Positions 20,602 to 30,954 of a stretch of 64,000 nt of DNA are shown one piece after another. Under the pieces are notes generated by a model. That model had not been told where the DNA came from. It did not search any database and saw only the letters and a list, made by a program, of their open reading frames with translations. The stretch lies in assembly GCA_043827025.1 (NCBI GenBank), contig JBDRPL010000005.1, forward strand, positions 1 through 64,000, in the 5' to 3' direction. The position numbers and the translations under genes were made by a program. Position 1 is the first letter of the stretch; each line of letters opens with the position of its first letter. The stretch is from Candidatus Micrarchaeota archaeon (GTDB lineage: Archaea; Micrarchaeota; Micrarchaeia; Anstonellales; Bilamarchaeaceae).

Positions 20602-21948
20602 TTACTTAGTTGGTCCTTTTATATTTTTCATAGTGTACCAATAGGCGATTATCGCCATCAAAATGCTTGAAACCACAAACCCGAACCATATTCCCGTTTC
20701 CTTCAGGTCCATCATATATGCCATCACCCATAAGGAGGGTATCATTATCACGAAGAAACGCATGAGGTTTATGCCAAGCGTATGATGCGCCTTTCCCAAA
20801 CCCTGGAGAACTGCGCCTGAGATGATAATTATTGCAGTTGGTATATATGAAAACGTGATTATCCAAAGATAGCTTGAAATCGAGCTGATGAGGATTGGGT
20901 CGCTTGTGAAAAGCGAAGCAAGCTGTTTAGAAAATGCAAGGACAATCACAGAGCCTGCAAGCAGAAGCATTATCCCGTATTTCAGCGATATTTGATAGGT
21001 CTCTTTGATTCTCTCGAAATTTTTTGCACCATAGTTCTGCCCTACTATTGAGATGGATGCAGTTGCAATTCCTATTGCAGGTAATACTATCAATTGGTCA
21101 ATCCTCATGCCGACTCCAAAAGTGGCCAGTGCATTTTCTCCAAAATCCGATACAAACCTTGTTATGACCAGGAATCCTATTGCATTGTTTGCCTGATTCA
21201 GGCTTGAAGGTATTGCCTGCTTGATTATGGCGAATCCTATCTCTTTTTTTGGAATATAGAAATGAAGCGAATTTGCAAGCATGCCTCTTTTGTTGGCTCT
21301 GTAGATGAATATTATCACACCTAGGAATTGCACAAGAACTGTTGCCCATGCGACTCCTGCAACTCCCATTGCCGGAAGGCCCCACCAGCCATACATAAGT
21401 GCAGGATCCAGGAAAATATTTAATATGAACCCTAAGAACATCACTGTTCCCCCTGTCTTGGTGTCCCCGCTTGCGCTTAGAATTCCATTGAGCGTGGCTG
21501 AAAGGAAAAGCACACCTATGCCAAGAAATATTATGTTCATGTATTGGACAGCGATTTCGACCACATGCGAGTTTCCGCCCATGAAGCTGAATATGCCGTT
21601 AGAGAATGTAAGGCCTATGATTGTCATGGCTATTGAGATGAGGATAGAGATGGTAATGCCCTGTGCTGCAACCTCAACTGCTTTTTTCTCGTTCTTTTCC
21701 CCAAGTTTCTTTGAGACAAGCGCATTTGTTGAGATGGTTATGCCTATGCCTAATGCGAGTATGAGGAAGAAAAGCGGGAATGTCAAAGATAACCCAGCAA
21801 GCGCATCAATCGAAAGCTGGGCTACGTAAAAAGTATCTGTCACGTTGTACATTGCCTGGAAAAAAAATCCCAGAGCTACAGGTATGGCCATCTTTTTTAT
21901 CAGGTCCGGAATGGATTCGGCTGTCAGGTTTTTTCTCATGAAAACCAT
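20602..21948 (-). CDS. MATE-family efflux transporter
   Basis: About 12 TMs, YNVTDT, GQNYGA, internal duplication typical of MATE. Confidence 0.92.
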   Translation of the reverse strand: MVFMRKNLTAESIPDLIKKMAIPVALGFFFQAMYNVTDTFYVAQLSIDALAGLSLTFPLFFLILALGIGITISTNALVSKKLGEKNEKKAVEVAAQGITISILISIAMTIIGLTFSNGIFSFMGGNSHVVEIAVQYMNIIFLGIGVLFLSATLNGILSASGDTKTGGTVMFLGFILNIFLDPALMYGWWGLPAMGVAGVAWATVLVQFLGVIIFIYRANKRGMLANSLHFYIPKKEIGFAIIKQAIPSSLNQANNAIGFLVITRFVSDFGENALATFGVGMRIDQLIVLPAIGIATASISIVGQNYGAKNFERIKETYQISLKYGIMLLLAGSVIVLAFSKQLASLFTSDPILISSISSYLWIITFSYIPTAIIIISGAVLQGLGKAHHTLGINLMRFFVIMIPSLWVMAYMMDLKETGIWFGFVVSSILMAIIAYWYTMKNIKGPTK

Positions 21949-22001
21949 ATCTACAAATAAGAATAAAAATAAGAGTAAAAAAGAATAAAATTTTTTTTTG
22001 C

Positions 22002-24197
22002 TTACTGGTCAAGGAAGAATTCAATTGTTGGGGGGTCTGGTCTCTCTCCTTTTCTTTCCCTGATCTTTCCGATTGTCCTTGCAATGACTTCCTTAGGCAT
22101 GACGTGGTATCCGTCATATTCAGGATACCAGATTGCACGGCCTTGCGTTACACCGCGAAGCGCATTGGCGAATCCGAACATCTCGGCAACAGGCATGACT
22201 ATAGTTATCGTGGAATTCTCTCCTTCCTGTTCGATACCCACCAGCTGGCCTCTCCTTCCATTTATCATGTTTATTACGTCTCCTGCGTAGTTGTTGACCG
22301 TCTGAATAAGGACCTTCTGTTTTGGCTCTTTTAATGTGACTCCTGCTGCAATGATACAGGCGTATACTGGCCTCTTTGTAGTTGGGATCATCTGTGCCGG
22401 ACCTCTGTGGATGTTATCCTCATGAAGAGTTGCATCGACAAGTACAACCTTAACTCCTGTTACCTTCTCCTTTGCAAGCGGACCTTGGTTCATTGCCTCT
22501 TCAAATCCTTCTGCTATAAGTTCCTGGATTTCGTTAAGGTTTTGGATACCTTTTGTTCCATTGATGAGGAGGTTCTTGTTGTAGATATCCCAGACGTTTC
22601 TCGCCTCTTCTCTTTCAAGACCTGCTTCAATAAGCTTGTCCCAATATTCCTTTCCTTTTGGCTTTCCATTTTGGATGTCGCTGCTTCCAAGTAATTCAAG
22701 CATCTTTTCATCTAATGGTTCTACACGGAATTTGAGTTTGTTGTGCTTGTTAGGGGATTTGCCTTCGTATGGACCTGCATTCTTTGTGATTGTTTCTTGA
22801 TAAACAACAATCGGAGGTGAAGTCACTATATCTACTTTCTTTTCATTCTTTATCTTGTATTCAATGATTTCAAGATGCAGTTCTCCCATACCAGATATCA
22901 AGTGCTCACCAGTTTCCTGATTCAACTCTACTCTAAGTGTTGCATCCTCTTTGGAGAGGCTTCTCAATGCATCTATTAGTTTTGCAAGGTCCTTTGTTTC
23001 TTTTGCTTCGATTGATTTTGTAACTACAGGTTCTGAATAGTGCTTGATCTGCTCAAATGGTGTTATAGGTTCTGCTGAGACCGTTTCTCCTACAAAAAGG
23101 TCTTTGATACCTACGACTGCGCCGATATTTCCAGCACTTATATGGTCTGCCTGCACTCTATCAGGGCCCATGTAGATTCCAATCTGTTGAACTTTTGAAT
23201 AGGTTTTCTTGGAGGAAACGTAAAGCTGGTCTCCTTTTGTAACTGATCCTGAGAACATTCTCAATACGCCGACTTCTCCTGCATGTTCATCGTAAACTAT
23301 ACCAAAGCATACTCCGATTGCCTTCCCCTTGGCATCACATGCAACCATAGATTTTCCTTCTACCGTATTAAGATCCCCATGCTTCCATAGGACTGGTACC
23401 CTCATTGGCTGCGCATCCTTTGGATTCGGCAGGTTCTTGATCATCATCTGCAATAAAACCTCATCAAGGGGCGACTTTTCCACCAGATATTTGTGGTCTC
23501 CTTCTGCGCATTTTTCATTTATTGTCTTGAAGTTTATGTTGAATCTTTTCATTGACTCTATGGAAACGGCCCATTTGTTGTATGCCGTACCGAATGCTAC
23601 GTTTCCCTTTGCAACTGAAATGGACCATTCTTCTTTTTTGTCAGGAGGTGCGCTTGCCTCGATTATCTTGTTGACAGAATTAATTACTTTCATGAATCTT
23701 TCCTGCATTGCAGTTGAGTCCAATTTCAATTCATTGATAAGCCTGTCGATTTTGTTGATGAACAACACTGGTTGTGCCCTTTCTTTCAATGCCATTCTTA
23801 AGTTCGTTTCAGTTTGTGGCATGACTCCTTCAACTGCATCTATTACCAAAACCACTCCATCAACAGCTCTCATTGCTCTTGTTACGTGGCCTCCGAAGTC
23901 TACGTGTCCTGGCGTGTCAATCAAGTTAATCAGGTAGTCCTTGCCTTCGAATTGGAAACCAAGAGATATGTTAGCTGACTTGATTGTGATTCCTCTTGCC
24001 TGTTCCTGCTCATCGAAATCCGTCCATCTCTGTGCCCCTGCAAGCTCCTTGTTAATAAGCCCTGCCCTTGCGATCAGCGAGTCAGTAAGCGTTGTCTTTC
24101 CATGGTCTACATGTGCTACGATTGCAACATTTCGAATGTTTTCCAGATTATCCATCAATTTTTGTACTTCTTCGACTACGTATTCCTTTCGTGCCAT
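22002..24197 (-). CDS. fusA: Translation elongation factor EF-2
   Basis: AHVDHGKTT, RGITI, DTPGHVDF, NKID, GMGELHL, HEDNIHRGPAQ diphthamide loop. Confidence 0.98.
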   Translation of the reverse strand: MARKEYVVEEVQKLMDNLENIRNVAIVAHVDHGKTTLTDSLIARAGLINKELAGAQRWTDFDEQEQARGITIKSANISLGFQFEGKDYLINLIDTPGHVDFGGHVTRAMRAVDGVVLVIDAVEGVMPQTETNLRMALKERAQPVLFINKIDRLINELKLDSTAMQERFMKVINSVNKIIEASAPPDKKEEWSISVAKGNVAFGTAYNKWAVSIESMKRFNINFKTINEKCAEGDHKYLVEKSPLDEVLLQMMIKNLPNPKDAQPMRVPVLWKHGDLNTVEGKSMVACDAKGKAIGVCFGIVYDEHAGEVGVLRMFSGSVTKGDQLYVSSKKTYSKVQQIGIYMGPDRVQADHISAGNIGAVVGIKDLFVGETVSAEPITPFEQIKHYSEPVVTKSIEAKETKDLAKLIDALRSLSKEDATLRVELNQETGEHLISGMGELHLEIIEYKIKNEKKVDIVTSPPIVVYQETITKNAGPYEGKSPNKHNKLKFRVEPLDEKMLELLGSSDIQNGKPKGKEYWDKLIEAGLEREEARNVWDIYNKNLLINGTKGIQNLNEIQELIAEGFEEAMNQGPLAKEKVTGVKVVLVDATLHEDNIHRGPAQMIPTTKRPVYACIIAAGVTLKEPKQKVLIQTVNNYAGDVINMINGRRGQLVGIEQEGENSTITIVMPVAEMFGFANALRGVTQGRAIWYPEYDGYHVMPKEVIARTIGKIRERKGERPDPPTIEFFLDQ

Positions 24198-24335
24198 TCA
24201 AATTCACCTTAACAAATATCTACTGTTTATTTATCATTTTGACTGATAAATTCTAACCTCTATAGAAAAAGGTTTTAGAGATTACTTTGCAAAGAAAGGT
24301 ATATAAATATTGGGCATTGGCTGCTGACGTACGAA

Positions 24336-25349
24336 TCAGTCTGCTTTGAATATTTTTTCAACCTTACCTGCTATTTCTCGTTTTTCCTTTTCACTCAAGA
24401 ACGAAGCTTCGAATGAATTCTTGGCCAATTGGTGAAGTTCTCCCTTTGTTAGTCCAATTGCCTTATTCAAAGCAAGATAGTTTTCATTAACATATCCTCC
24501 AAAATATGCGGGATCATCTGAATTTATAGTTACCGTTAATCCACGTTCTATCATTTTCCTTAATGGATGTTGCTTCAAATCCTTGACTACCCTTAGTTTA
24601 AGGTTGGATAGTGGGCAAACTGTCAAAGGCATCTTTATCTTGGCCAGTGTTTGAACCAGTTTTTCATCGTCCAAACAATGGTTTCCGTGGTCGATTCTTG
24701 AAACCTTTAGTAATCGTAAAGCTTCCCATACATATTCTGCAGGGCCTTCTTCTCCAGCATGAGCCACTGCTAGAAATCCGTTTTTTCTTGCCTTAGCATA
24801 CACTTTTTTGAATTTTGAAGGTGGATTGCCTCTTTCTCCGGAATCCAGCCCAACAGCAACAATCCATTTTTTGTATGGCAATGCCTGTTCTAGGGCTTCA
24901 AAAGCAGATTTTTGGTCAAGGTGCCTAAGGAAGCATAATATTGATTTAGTTGTTATGCCCATTTTCTTTTTGGCGTCAACACACGCCCTGTGGATTCCGT
25001 TAATCACAGTTGAAAATTTGATGCCTCTTTCAGTATGTGTTTGTGGGTCGAAAAAAATTTCCGCATGGATGACATTTTGTCCATGGGCTTTTTTTAGATA
25101 GGCATAAGTCAGATCATAGAAATCCTTTTCTTTTACCAATACTTTGCAGCTTTCATAATATATATCAAGGAATTCCTGAAGGTTGCTGAAATTGTATGCT
25201 TTTTTGACCTGTTCAATTGTCCTGTATTTCAATTTTATCTTATTTCTTTTGGCAATCTTGAACATTAAGTTTGGTTCAAGTGTTCCTTCAATATGAAGGT
25301 GGAGTTCTGCTTTAGGCATCTTTTTAATTATCAATTCGATTGGCTTCAT
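24336..25349 (-). CDS. add: Adenine/adenosine deaminase
   Basis: KAELHLHIEG, AHAGEEGP, RIDHG, TINSDDPAYFGG. Confidence 0.92.
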   Translation of the reverse strand: MKPIELIIKKMPKAELHLHIEGTLEPNLMFKIAKRNKIKLKYRTIEQVKKAYNFSNLQEFLDIYYESCKVLVKEKDFYDLTYAYLKKAHGQNVIHAEIFFDPQTHTERGIKFSTVINGIHRACVDAKKKMGITTKSILCFLRHLDQKSAFEALEQALPYKKWIVAVGLDSGERGNPPSKFKKVYAKARKNGFLAVAHAGEEGPAEYVWEALRLLKVSRIDHGNHCLDDEKLVQTLAKIKMPLTVCPLSNLKLRVVKDLKQHPLRKMIERGLTVTINSDDPAYFGGYVNENYLALNKAIGLTKGELHQLAKNSFEASFLSEKEKREIAGKVEKIFKAD

Positions 25350-25443
25350 AATTTGATTATGGCTTTATGGCTTATAAATCTGATGATAAATTAGAGTTAA
25401 AATAAAAGTAGAAAAAGAAATAATAATTTAAAAACAATCAGGA

Positions 25444-26049
25444 TCAGCGTGCACTTCTTGCCATTCTCTCCGTTTCATCCCTTTTCTTCATTGCGTAGGA
25501 TGTCTGTATGTCTCCTTTCGCAGTGTTGACGATTTCTGATGCAAGTGTTTCATGCAATGGCTTTGGTTTATTGAACGAACCCATGATTGCCGCAAGTGCG
25601 ATGTTTCTCAATGCCATGTCAAGCCTTCTTGTTGCTGATAAGTCTACAGCTATCTGATAGCTTACACCACCGTGTGACACTCTTGTCGTGTCTTCTCTTG
25701 GTGCTGAGTTCTCAAGTGCTTTCAACAAAATCTGGACTGGGTTTTCCTTGGTTTGCTTTTCAACGGATTCCAGTGCCATCTCAACTATTTTCATAGTTTT
25801 CAGCTTTTTTCCCTGGAGCCTTCCATGAGTTCGGATTATCTTTCCAGAAGTCTTTTCTCCGGTTCCCCCTCTCATTAGCTTGTTGGCAAGCCTTTCCACT
25901 ATATTTACCTCGGTCTTTCCAAGAGCTCTTCTTTTGTGTCTTCCTGCTGAATGAGGTACGACGATAGGTTTCAATGAAACTACCTGGGCCAGACTCTTGT
26001 CATTTATCTGAAGACCTTCCAATTCATATTTGCCAAATACCTTAACCAT
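25444..26049 (-). CDS. rps7: 30S ribosomal protein S7 (uS7, archaeal type)
   Basis: IVERLAN, ENSAPREDTTR, AVDLS..RRLD, KKRDETERMARSAR. Confidence 0.96.
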   Translation of the reverse strand: MVKVFGKYELEGLQINDKSLAQVVSLKPIVVPHSAGRHKRRALGKTEVNIVERLANKLMRGGTGEKTSGKIIRTHGRLQGKKLKTMKIVEMALESVEKQTKENPVQILLKALENSAPREDTTRVSHGGVSYQIAVDLSATRRLDMALRNIALAAIMGSFNKPKPLHETLASEIVNTAKGDIQTSYAMKKRDETERMARSAR

Positions 26050-26053
26050 ATAA

Positions 26054-26491
26054 TCATCTCTTAGCCTTTTCTTTCTTTCCGTGCCTCATTGCCTGGAGGT
26101 CTGTGTTGTTCACTCTATCTACTTTGTACTTGACACCTGGTATGGAACCCATCTGCCCTCTCTGCGAACCGCCGAGCCCTGATATTATGACTTCATCGTG
26201 TTCATCTATGAACGTTATTGCTTTGTTCCTTGGTGCGTGTGCAGACACTATCTTTCCATTCTTTGTCAATTGCACTTTCACGCATTTAATCATTCCTGAG
26301 TGAGGCTGTTTCTGCTCCAATTGGATTTTTTCAAGCACTATTCCCTTTGCCTGGGGTGCTCCTCCAAGTGGGTCGAACTTTTTCTTGAGGTCCAATGTTT
26401 TTCTCTTCCATTTCTTGGACAGCCATCTGCACAATTTTCTTTTTCGCCTAATGTTTCGGCCTGCGAACTCGCCGTTTGATCCTTTACTCAT
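26054..26491 (-). CDS. rps12: 30S ribosomal protein S12 (uS12)
   Basis: DPLGGAPQAKGIVLEK, KCVKVQL, IDEHDEV; directly upstream of rps7. Confidence 0.96.
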   Translation of the reverse strand: MSKGSNGEFAGRNIRRKRKLCRWLSKKWKRKTLDLKKKFDPLGGAPQAKGIVLEKIQLEQKQPHSGMIKCVKVQLTKNGKIVSAHAPRNKAITFIDEHDEVIISGLGGSQRGQMGSIPGVKYKVDRVNNTDLQAMRHGKKEKAKR

Positions 26492-26574
26492 TAAATATCA
26501 CCAAATATATTGCACTTTTTACTCTATGTAAAGAGAGATACTATTTGAACTCGAAGGATTTAAAAAGATTAGTT

Positions 26575-27258
26575 TCACATCCCTGCAAGGCAGTTCATCA
26601 AAATCACGCCGAAAAGCATAATTTCCAGTATGCAGAAAATTATTGCCATTGCTTTCAGTGCCAAGAAAACGTCGTTGCTGGTTTTCTGTGCGCCTTCCAT
26701 TGCGCTTCTTTCATCTGATATCTCTTGTTTTAGGATTGCAATCTCGTCTTTGAATTTGGATATCGCGCCTTTATGCGCCTTCAGGTTTATCTCATCTAAA
26801 GAGTCTCCAGTCTGGATGAATGCATCTCCTGTTTCTTTCATCATTCTGCCTTCTTCCTGGAATCCTATAAGTCCGCCGAAGTTTATCCCAGAAACGGTCT
26901 GCCCAAAACTTTTCAATGTATTTCCCATCATAGTGATCGAAGTTTTCAGCTGGCGGATTGTCAAATCCATTTCATCTACAGTTGTTTCTAAATTGGATAT
27001 TTCATTCATGGAACTGTCAAGACTCAATTCTATCTGCATCATTACTTCATCAGTCTGCTCAAGTTGATTCAGGGTTTCCTTATGTGTGGTGTCCAAAACA
27101 TAATATGAAAGCATCATTAATATTACAGTACCGAGAATCCCAAGTATGGAGACGCTTATGGAAATATAATATAAATACTTCTTAGTTTGTTTGCGTTTTT
27201 CTCTTTTGTTCATCTCCTTGTTTTCAGGCATTTCTTCATTTTCTTCATCTTTTTCCAT
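26575..27258 (-). CDS. Hypothetical membrane protein, TM-coiled coil-TM
   Basis: Two hydrophobic segments flanking a heptad-rich region. Confidence 0.65.
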   Translation of the reverse strand: MEKDEENEEMPENKEMNKREKRKQTKKYLYYISISVSILGILGTVILMMLSYYVLDTTHKETLNQLEQTDEVMMQIELSLDSSMNEISNLETTVDEMDLTIRQLKTSITMMGNTLKSFGQTVSGINFGGLIGFQEEGRMMKETGDAFIQTGDSLDEINLKAHKGAISKFKDEIAILKQEISDERSAMEGAQKTSNDVFLALKAMAIIFCILEIMLFGVILMNCLAGM

Positions 27259-27311
27259 GCAGTTAATTCCTTTAGTTATTTTTATAAAGAAGATGGATAT
27301 AGTACTATGCT

Positions 27312-28145
27312 ATGGATTTCCAGATTTATTTTTTAGTTGTGACTTTTGCGGCTATATTATATTCTGTCATTGCAAAGGAGATTCAATTTCGGCTCACAAA
27401 TCACAAGCTTGCAAAGGACCTTCAGGAACGTTCAAAGAAGGTGAGTGAGGAGCTCAAGGAAGCGAGCAAGCGCAATGACCAGAAAAAATTAGATGAAGCC
27501 ATGAAAAGGCAGATGGCACTTATAGGTGAAATGAATAAGATGATGTTCCAGAACCTTAAGGCAATAGTTCCTGTCATTGCAGTGTTCCTGTGTTTTACCT
27601 ATGTTCTTGGCATGTTTGACCCTACTGTTACAGATGACTTCAAACTGCATCCTTTAGATGATGGCGTAGGTTGTGACAAGACTGCAGGAGATAACATTTA
27701 TTCTATATGCCACATTGTCAATGGAAACGCAGGTGAATGGCTTTTGATTGCAAAGGTGTATGATGGCAAAAACCTATGGGGCCAGGACAATATTGTTGGT
27801 GAGAAGAGCCAGACTTTCTTTTTGGGTGAAAAGGGAATCGCTACGCATTCTCCACCACTTAAGGGCGCGAATATTTCGCTATATGGCCTGAAAGAAGTTT
27901 ATTCAAATGGAGAACAGCTTTCTGTTTTTATGGAAGTCCAGAAAGGCGTTCCGGAAATAATTATAAATAATGGGACTTGGTTCTATGCTGACCTTCCGTT
28001 TACCATTCCTTTGTTGAATGTTAAGCGAATCAGCGAAGTATATTGGTGGTTTATATTTGTTGCCTTCGTATTCGGTCTCATCAGCGCCCCTATACTAAAA
28101 AAAGTCAGGGCTATGAAAGGTAAGCCAAATGATACTTGCAATTAA
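27312..28145 (+). CDS. DUF106 / EMC3-TMCO1 (Oxa1 superfamily) membrane protein with soluble insertion
   Basis: TM1, coiled coil with Met-rich end, TM2, C-terminal YWWFI TM; adjacent to cmk as in the conserved archaeal cluster. Confidence 0.8.
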   Translation: MDFQIYFLVVTFAAILYSVIAKEIQFRLTNHKLAKDLQERSKKVSEELKEASKRNDQKKLDEAMKRQMALIGEMNKMMFQNLKAIVPVIAVFLCFTYVLGMFDPTVTDDFKLHPLDDGVGCDKTAGDNIYSICHIVNGNAGEWLLIAKVYDGKNLWGQDNIVGEKSQTFFLGEKGIATHSPPLKGANISLYGLKEVYSNGEQLSVFMEVQKGVPEIIINNGTWFYADLPFTIPLLNVKRISEVYWWFIFVAFVFGLISAPILKKVRAMKGKPNDTCN

Positions 28146-28638
28146 TGGTTTAACTGGAAGCGGTAAGAATACATTGGGCGAATTGCTTGCGAAAGAATTG
28201 GGCTACAAACTAGTGTGCCCGACATTCAAGGACCTTGCCAAGGAAGAAGGCATTTCTTTGATGGAATTCCAGAAGAAAGCTGAAAAGGATCACAATATAG
28301 ACAAGAAGTTTGACGATATCTTAAAGAAACAGGCCACAGGCAATTGTATTGTCACAACATGGCTTGGCCCTTGGATCGTGAAACCTGATGTCAGTATCAG
28401 GCTTTTTGCACCTCTTGATGTACGAGCCCGCAGGGTTGCAAAGCGAGATGAGATGAAGCCAGGGGAATCCCTGAAGCATGTTGATAAAAGAGATAATGAC
28501 AACAGGAAGAGATATCTTGAAGTTTATAACATTGATATATTCAATACAGATAATTTTGATGCCTGCCTTTCAAGCGAAAAATACAATCCGGAACAGCTGA
28601 AAAAGATTGTTTTGAACATAATTAAATTGAAGAAGTGA
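28129..28638 (+). CDS. cmk: Cytidylate kinase (archaeal type)
   Basis: INGLTGSGKNT P-loop, FKDLAKEEG, VRARRVAKRD, RYLEVYNID. Confidence 0.9.
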   Translation: MILAINGLTGSGKNTLGELLAKELGYKLVCPTFKDLAKEEGISLMEFQKKAEKDHNIDKKFDDILKKQATGNCIVTTWLGPWIVKPDVSIRLFAPLDVRARRVAKRDEMKPGESLKHVDKRDNDNRKRYLEVYNIDIFNTDNFDACLSSEKYNPEQLKKIVLNIIKLKK

Positions 28639-29332
28639 TGTTATCAAAAATAAAATACTTCCTAAACCAGGTGTTTGCCAGTATTGTGGCAAGCCCATAA
28701 CTGTTTATTCGAATTCCAGGGTGAATTTTTTCAGAAAAAAGATGAGGACCATTCCTGGTCATGGTGAGTATTCTGACGGCCATCTCTCTATAGTTAGCTT
28801 TAGCCTCATGCAATGCCGTAAGTGCAACACCTATTATGAGGACCTATCCTATGAAACAGACGATCCTGAGAGCGACATGGGGTTGGCAAGGGAACATAGC
28901 ATCTTCAATGCAATACGACGCCGTACTTTTTCAGAAGCAGTCAAGCGCATTGGATGTCTGATCAAGTGTTGCAAAGGCGATAAATCACTGCTTGAGAAAG
29001 AATTATGCAGGGCAAAAGAATTGAGAAAGGACTTTAATCGTTCGCAAAGAGGTAAAATAACAATTCCCAAAAAACAATGGACTTGGAATCATAGGGTCTT
29101 TCCTGGTGGCGGATCATGCTATGAAGGCGCCAATACCTACTCTGGAAAATTGATTTGGTTTCAGGAAGGTGTGCCTTCCTATGCACATGGTGCCGCAAGT
29201 GAGCAATCTTTCGAAGATTTCCTTGCAAATGGGCCTTCGGTGACGGGAGTGCCAAAAGAAATTATAACGGAATTGCGAGAAGTCATTCGTAAAGCAATCA
29301 AGAGTAGTAAACATGCTCTAGACTCGGATTAG
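28638..29332 (+). CDS. Hypothetical Zn-binding protein, probably frameshifted near its 5' end
   Basis: ORF 28721-29332 is stop-free back to 28631 and encodes CQYC there, plus CRKC downstream; the coupled ATG at 28638 is one base out of frame. Confidence 0.5.
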
Positions 29333-29411
29333 GTGCATAGAGAGTATGCTTAATAAATGTAAAGTGATTATAGGTAGATCCAAAACAAGGAATGACTGAT
29401 AGGGTTTTTAC

Positions 29412-30113
29412 ATGGACGAGAAAGTCAAGAAACTGATTGTAGATCTCAAGAGTTCGGATGCAAAGGTTCGCGAAGCTGCAGTGAATAGCATGATTTATGA
29501 GGTCAATTGTGATCTCTCAGATGCTGTTGCAGATCTTGAAAAGGCGCTGTCTGATTCTTCTGCAATGGTTAGGTGGGATTCTTCAAAGATACTTACCCAA
29601 TATTATGCAAAGAAAAAGGAATGGAGTAGAATCGCATTGCTGTTGAACAGCTCTAATTTCGAAGTCAAGCAGGGGGCAAGCATGTTCCTTCAGTATGTTG
29701 ATGCTGTTAATGAGTCCTTGTTGCCAGTTCTGGAAAGACTCCTTTCAGATAGTTATGATGCTGTAAAAGGAGATGCTGCAGGAGTTTTAGCCAAATATTA
29801 CGTAAAAAAACAGGATTGGAACAAGATAAATGAGTTGGTAAAACACAAGGATCTTTTGGTAAAGCTTGGAGTAACATTTCATCTTAAAGGCGTTACATTA
29901 ATGGGTTCAGATATAGCTCCTGTGGTTCCTTCATTAGTCTTGCTTCTGTCAGACAAGGATAGGGCTCTGAAGGAACATACTGTTGGAGCGCTGAGCAATT
30001 ATGTTGATCAGAAGCCTGATAACAAGAAAATTGTTATGAGTGCAATCACCAAGTCCAAAATAGATAAGAAACTGCCTGAAGTACAGGAGATAATCAAGAA
30101 GTGTGGGGCATAG
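29412..30113 (+). CDS. HEAT-repeat protein
   Basis: Repeated L..D....VR/VK..A...L units. Confidence 0.8.
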   Translation: MDEKVKKLIVDLKSSDAKVREAAVNSMIYEVNCDLSDAVADLEKALSDSSAMVRWDSSKILTQYYAKKKEWSRIALLLNSSNFEVKQGASMFLQYVDAVNESLLPVLERLLSDSYDAVKGDAAGVLAKYYVKKQDWNKINELVKHKDLLVKLGVTFHLKGVTLMGSDIAPVVPSLVLLLSDKDRALKEHTVGALSNYVDQKPDNKKIVMSAITKSKIDKKLPEVQEIIKKCGA

Positions 30114-30118
30114 GCCTT

Positions 30119-30940
30119 ATGGACGGAATCCTTGTCATTGACAAACCACCTAAAGTAATATGCCATGAGCTTACCACTTGGGTCAAGAAACTCCTGAATG
30201 TTAGGGCAGGCCATGCAGGTACTTTGGACCCCGATGTTTCTGGTGTTTTGCCAATTGCGCTTGGAAAATCAACCAAACTGCTTCAATATATCGCAGCAAA
30301 GAAGAAAACCTATGTCGGTATCATCAAATTCAAAGATGAGAAAATAACTGATAATCAGGTCTACTCGTTATTCAAGGAATTTACTGGCAAAATAAGCCAA
30401 ACGCCTCCGCTGATCAGTGCGGTTAAGAAAGTTCCAAGAAAGCGAACTATTTTTTCCCTGGAATTTCTAGAACGAAATGGAAAACTTGTTTTATTCAAGG
30501 CGGACGTTGAAGCTGGTACATATATTCGTACATTATGCGAAGATATTGGGAAAAAGTGCGGTGGTGCGAGAATGGAGGAGTTGAGGCGAGTTGCTGTGGG
30601 AGAAATAACTGAGAAAGAAGCAATTCCACTTAACAAACTGATTGATGCTTATAACAATGGAAAAATAGATTCACTTGTCCACAAGCCAGAGGAATTCATT
30701 GATTTTCCAAAGGTCGAAATAAACAAAGATGCGTTGAATGCCGTGTTGCATGGTGCCAAAATAGCAAAGAATGGCATTTTAAAGTGCGATCGTTTTGGAG
30801 TCAAGGAATTGGTTTCTGTTTATTGCGATGGCAAGTTTGTCGGAATTGGTTTATCTATAATTCGATCAAAAGAAATGGAAGCCATGAAAAGCGGTTTTGT
30901 TATTGGAATGGAGCGCGTGCATTATTCCAAACCAATTTGA
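30119..30940 (+). CDS. cbf5: Pseudouridine synthase Cbf5/TruB with PUA domain
   Basis: IDKP, GHAGTLDPDVSGVL, QTPP..SAVK, GTYIRTL, MEELRR. Confidence 0.93.
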   Translation: MDGILVIDKPPKVICHELTTWVKKLLNVRAGHAGTLDPDVSGVLPIALGKSTKLLQYIAAKKKTYVGIIKFKDEKITDNQVYSLFKEFTGKISQTPPLISAVKKVPRKRTIFSLEFLERNGKLVLFKADVEAGTYIRTLCEDIGKKCGGARMEELRRVAVGEITEKEAIPLNKLIDAYNNGKIDSLVHKPEEFIDFPKVEINKDALNAVLHGAKIAKNGILKCDRFGVKELVSVYCDGKFVGIGLSIIRSKEMEAMKSGFVIGMERVHYSKPI

Positions 30941-30954
30941 ATCAATTGATCACT

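Noticed and set aside
22390..22430. Possible loss of the EF-2 diphthamide site
   Set aside because: HEDNIHRG keeps the target His; essentially canonical.
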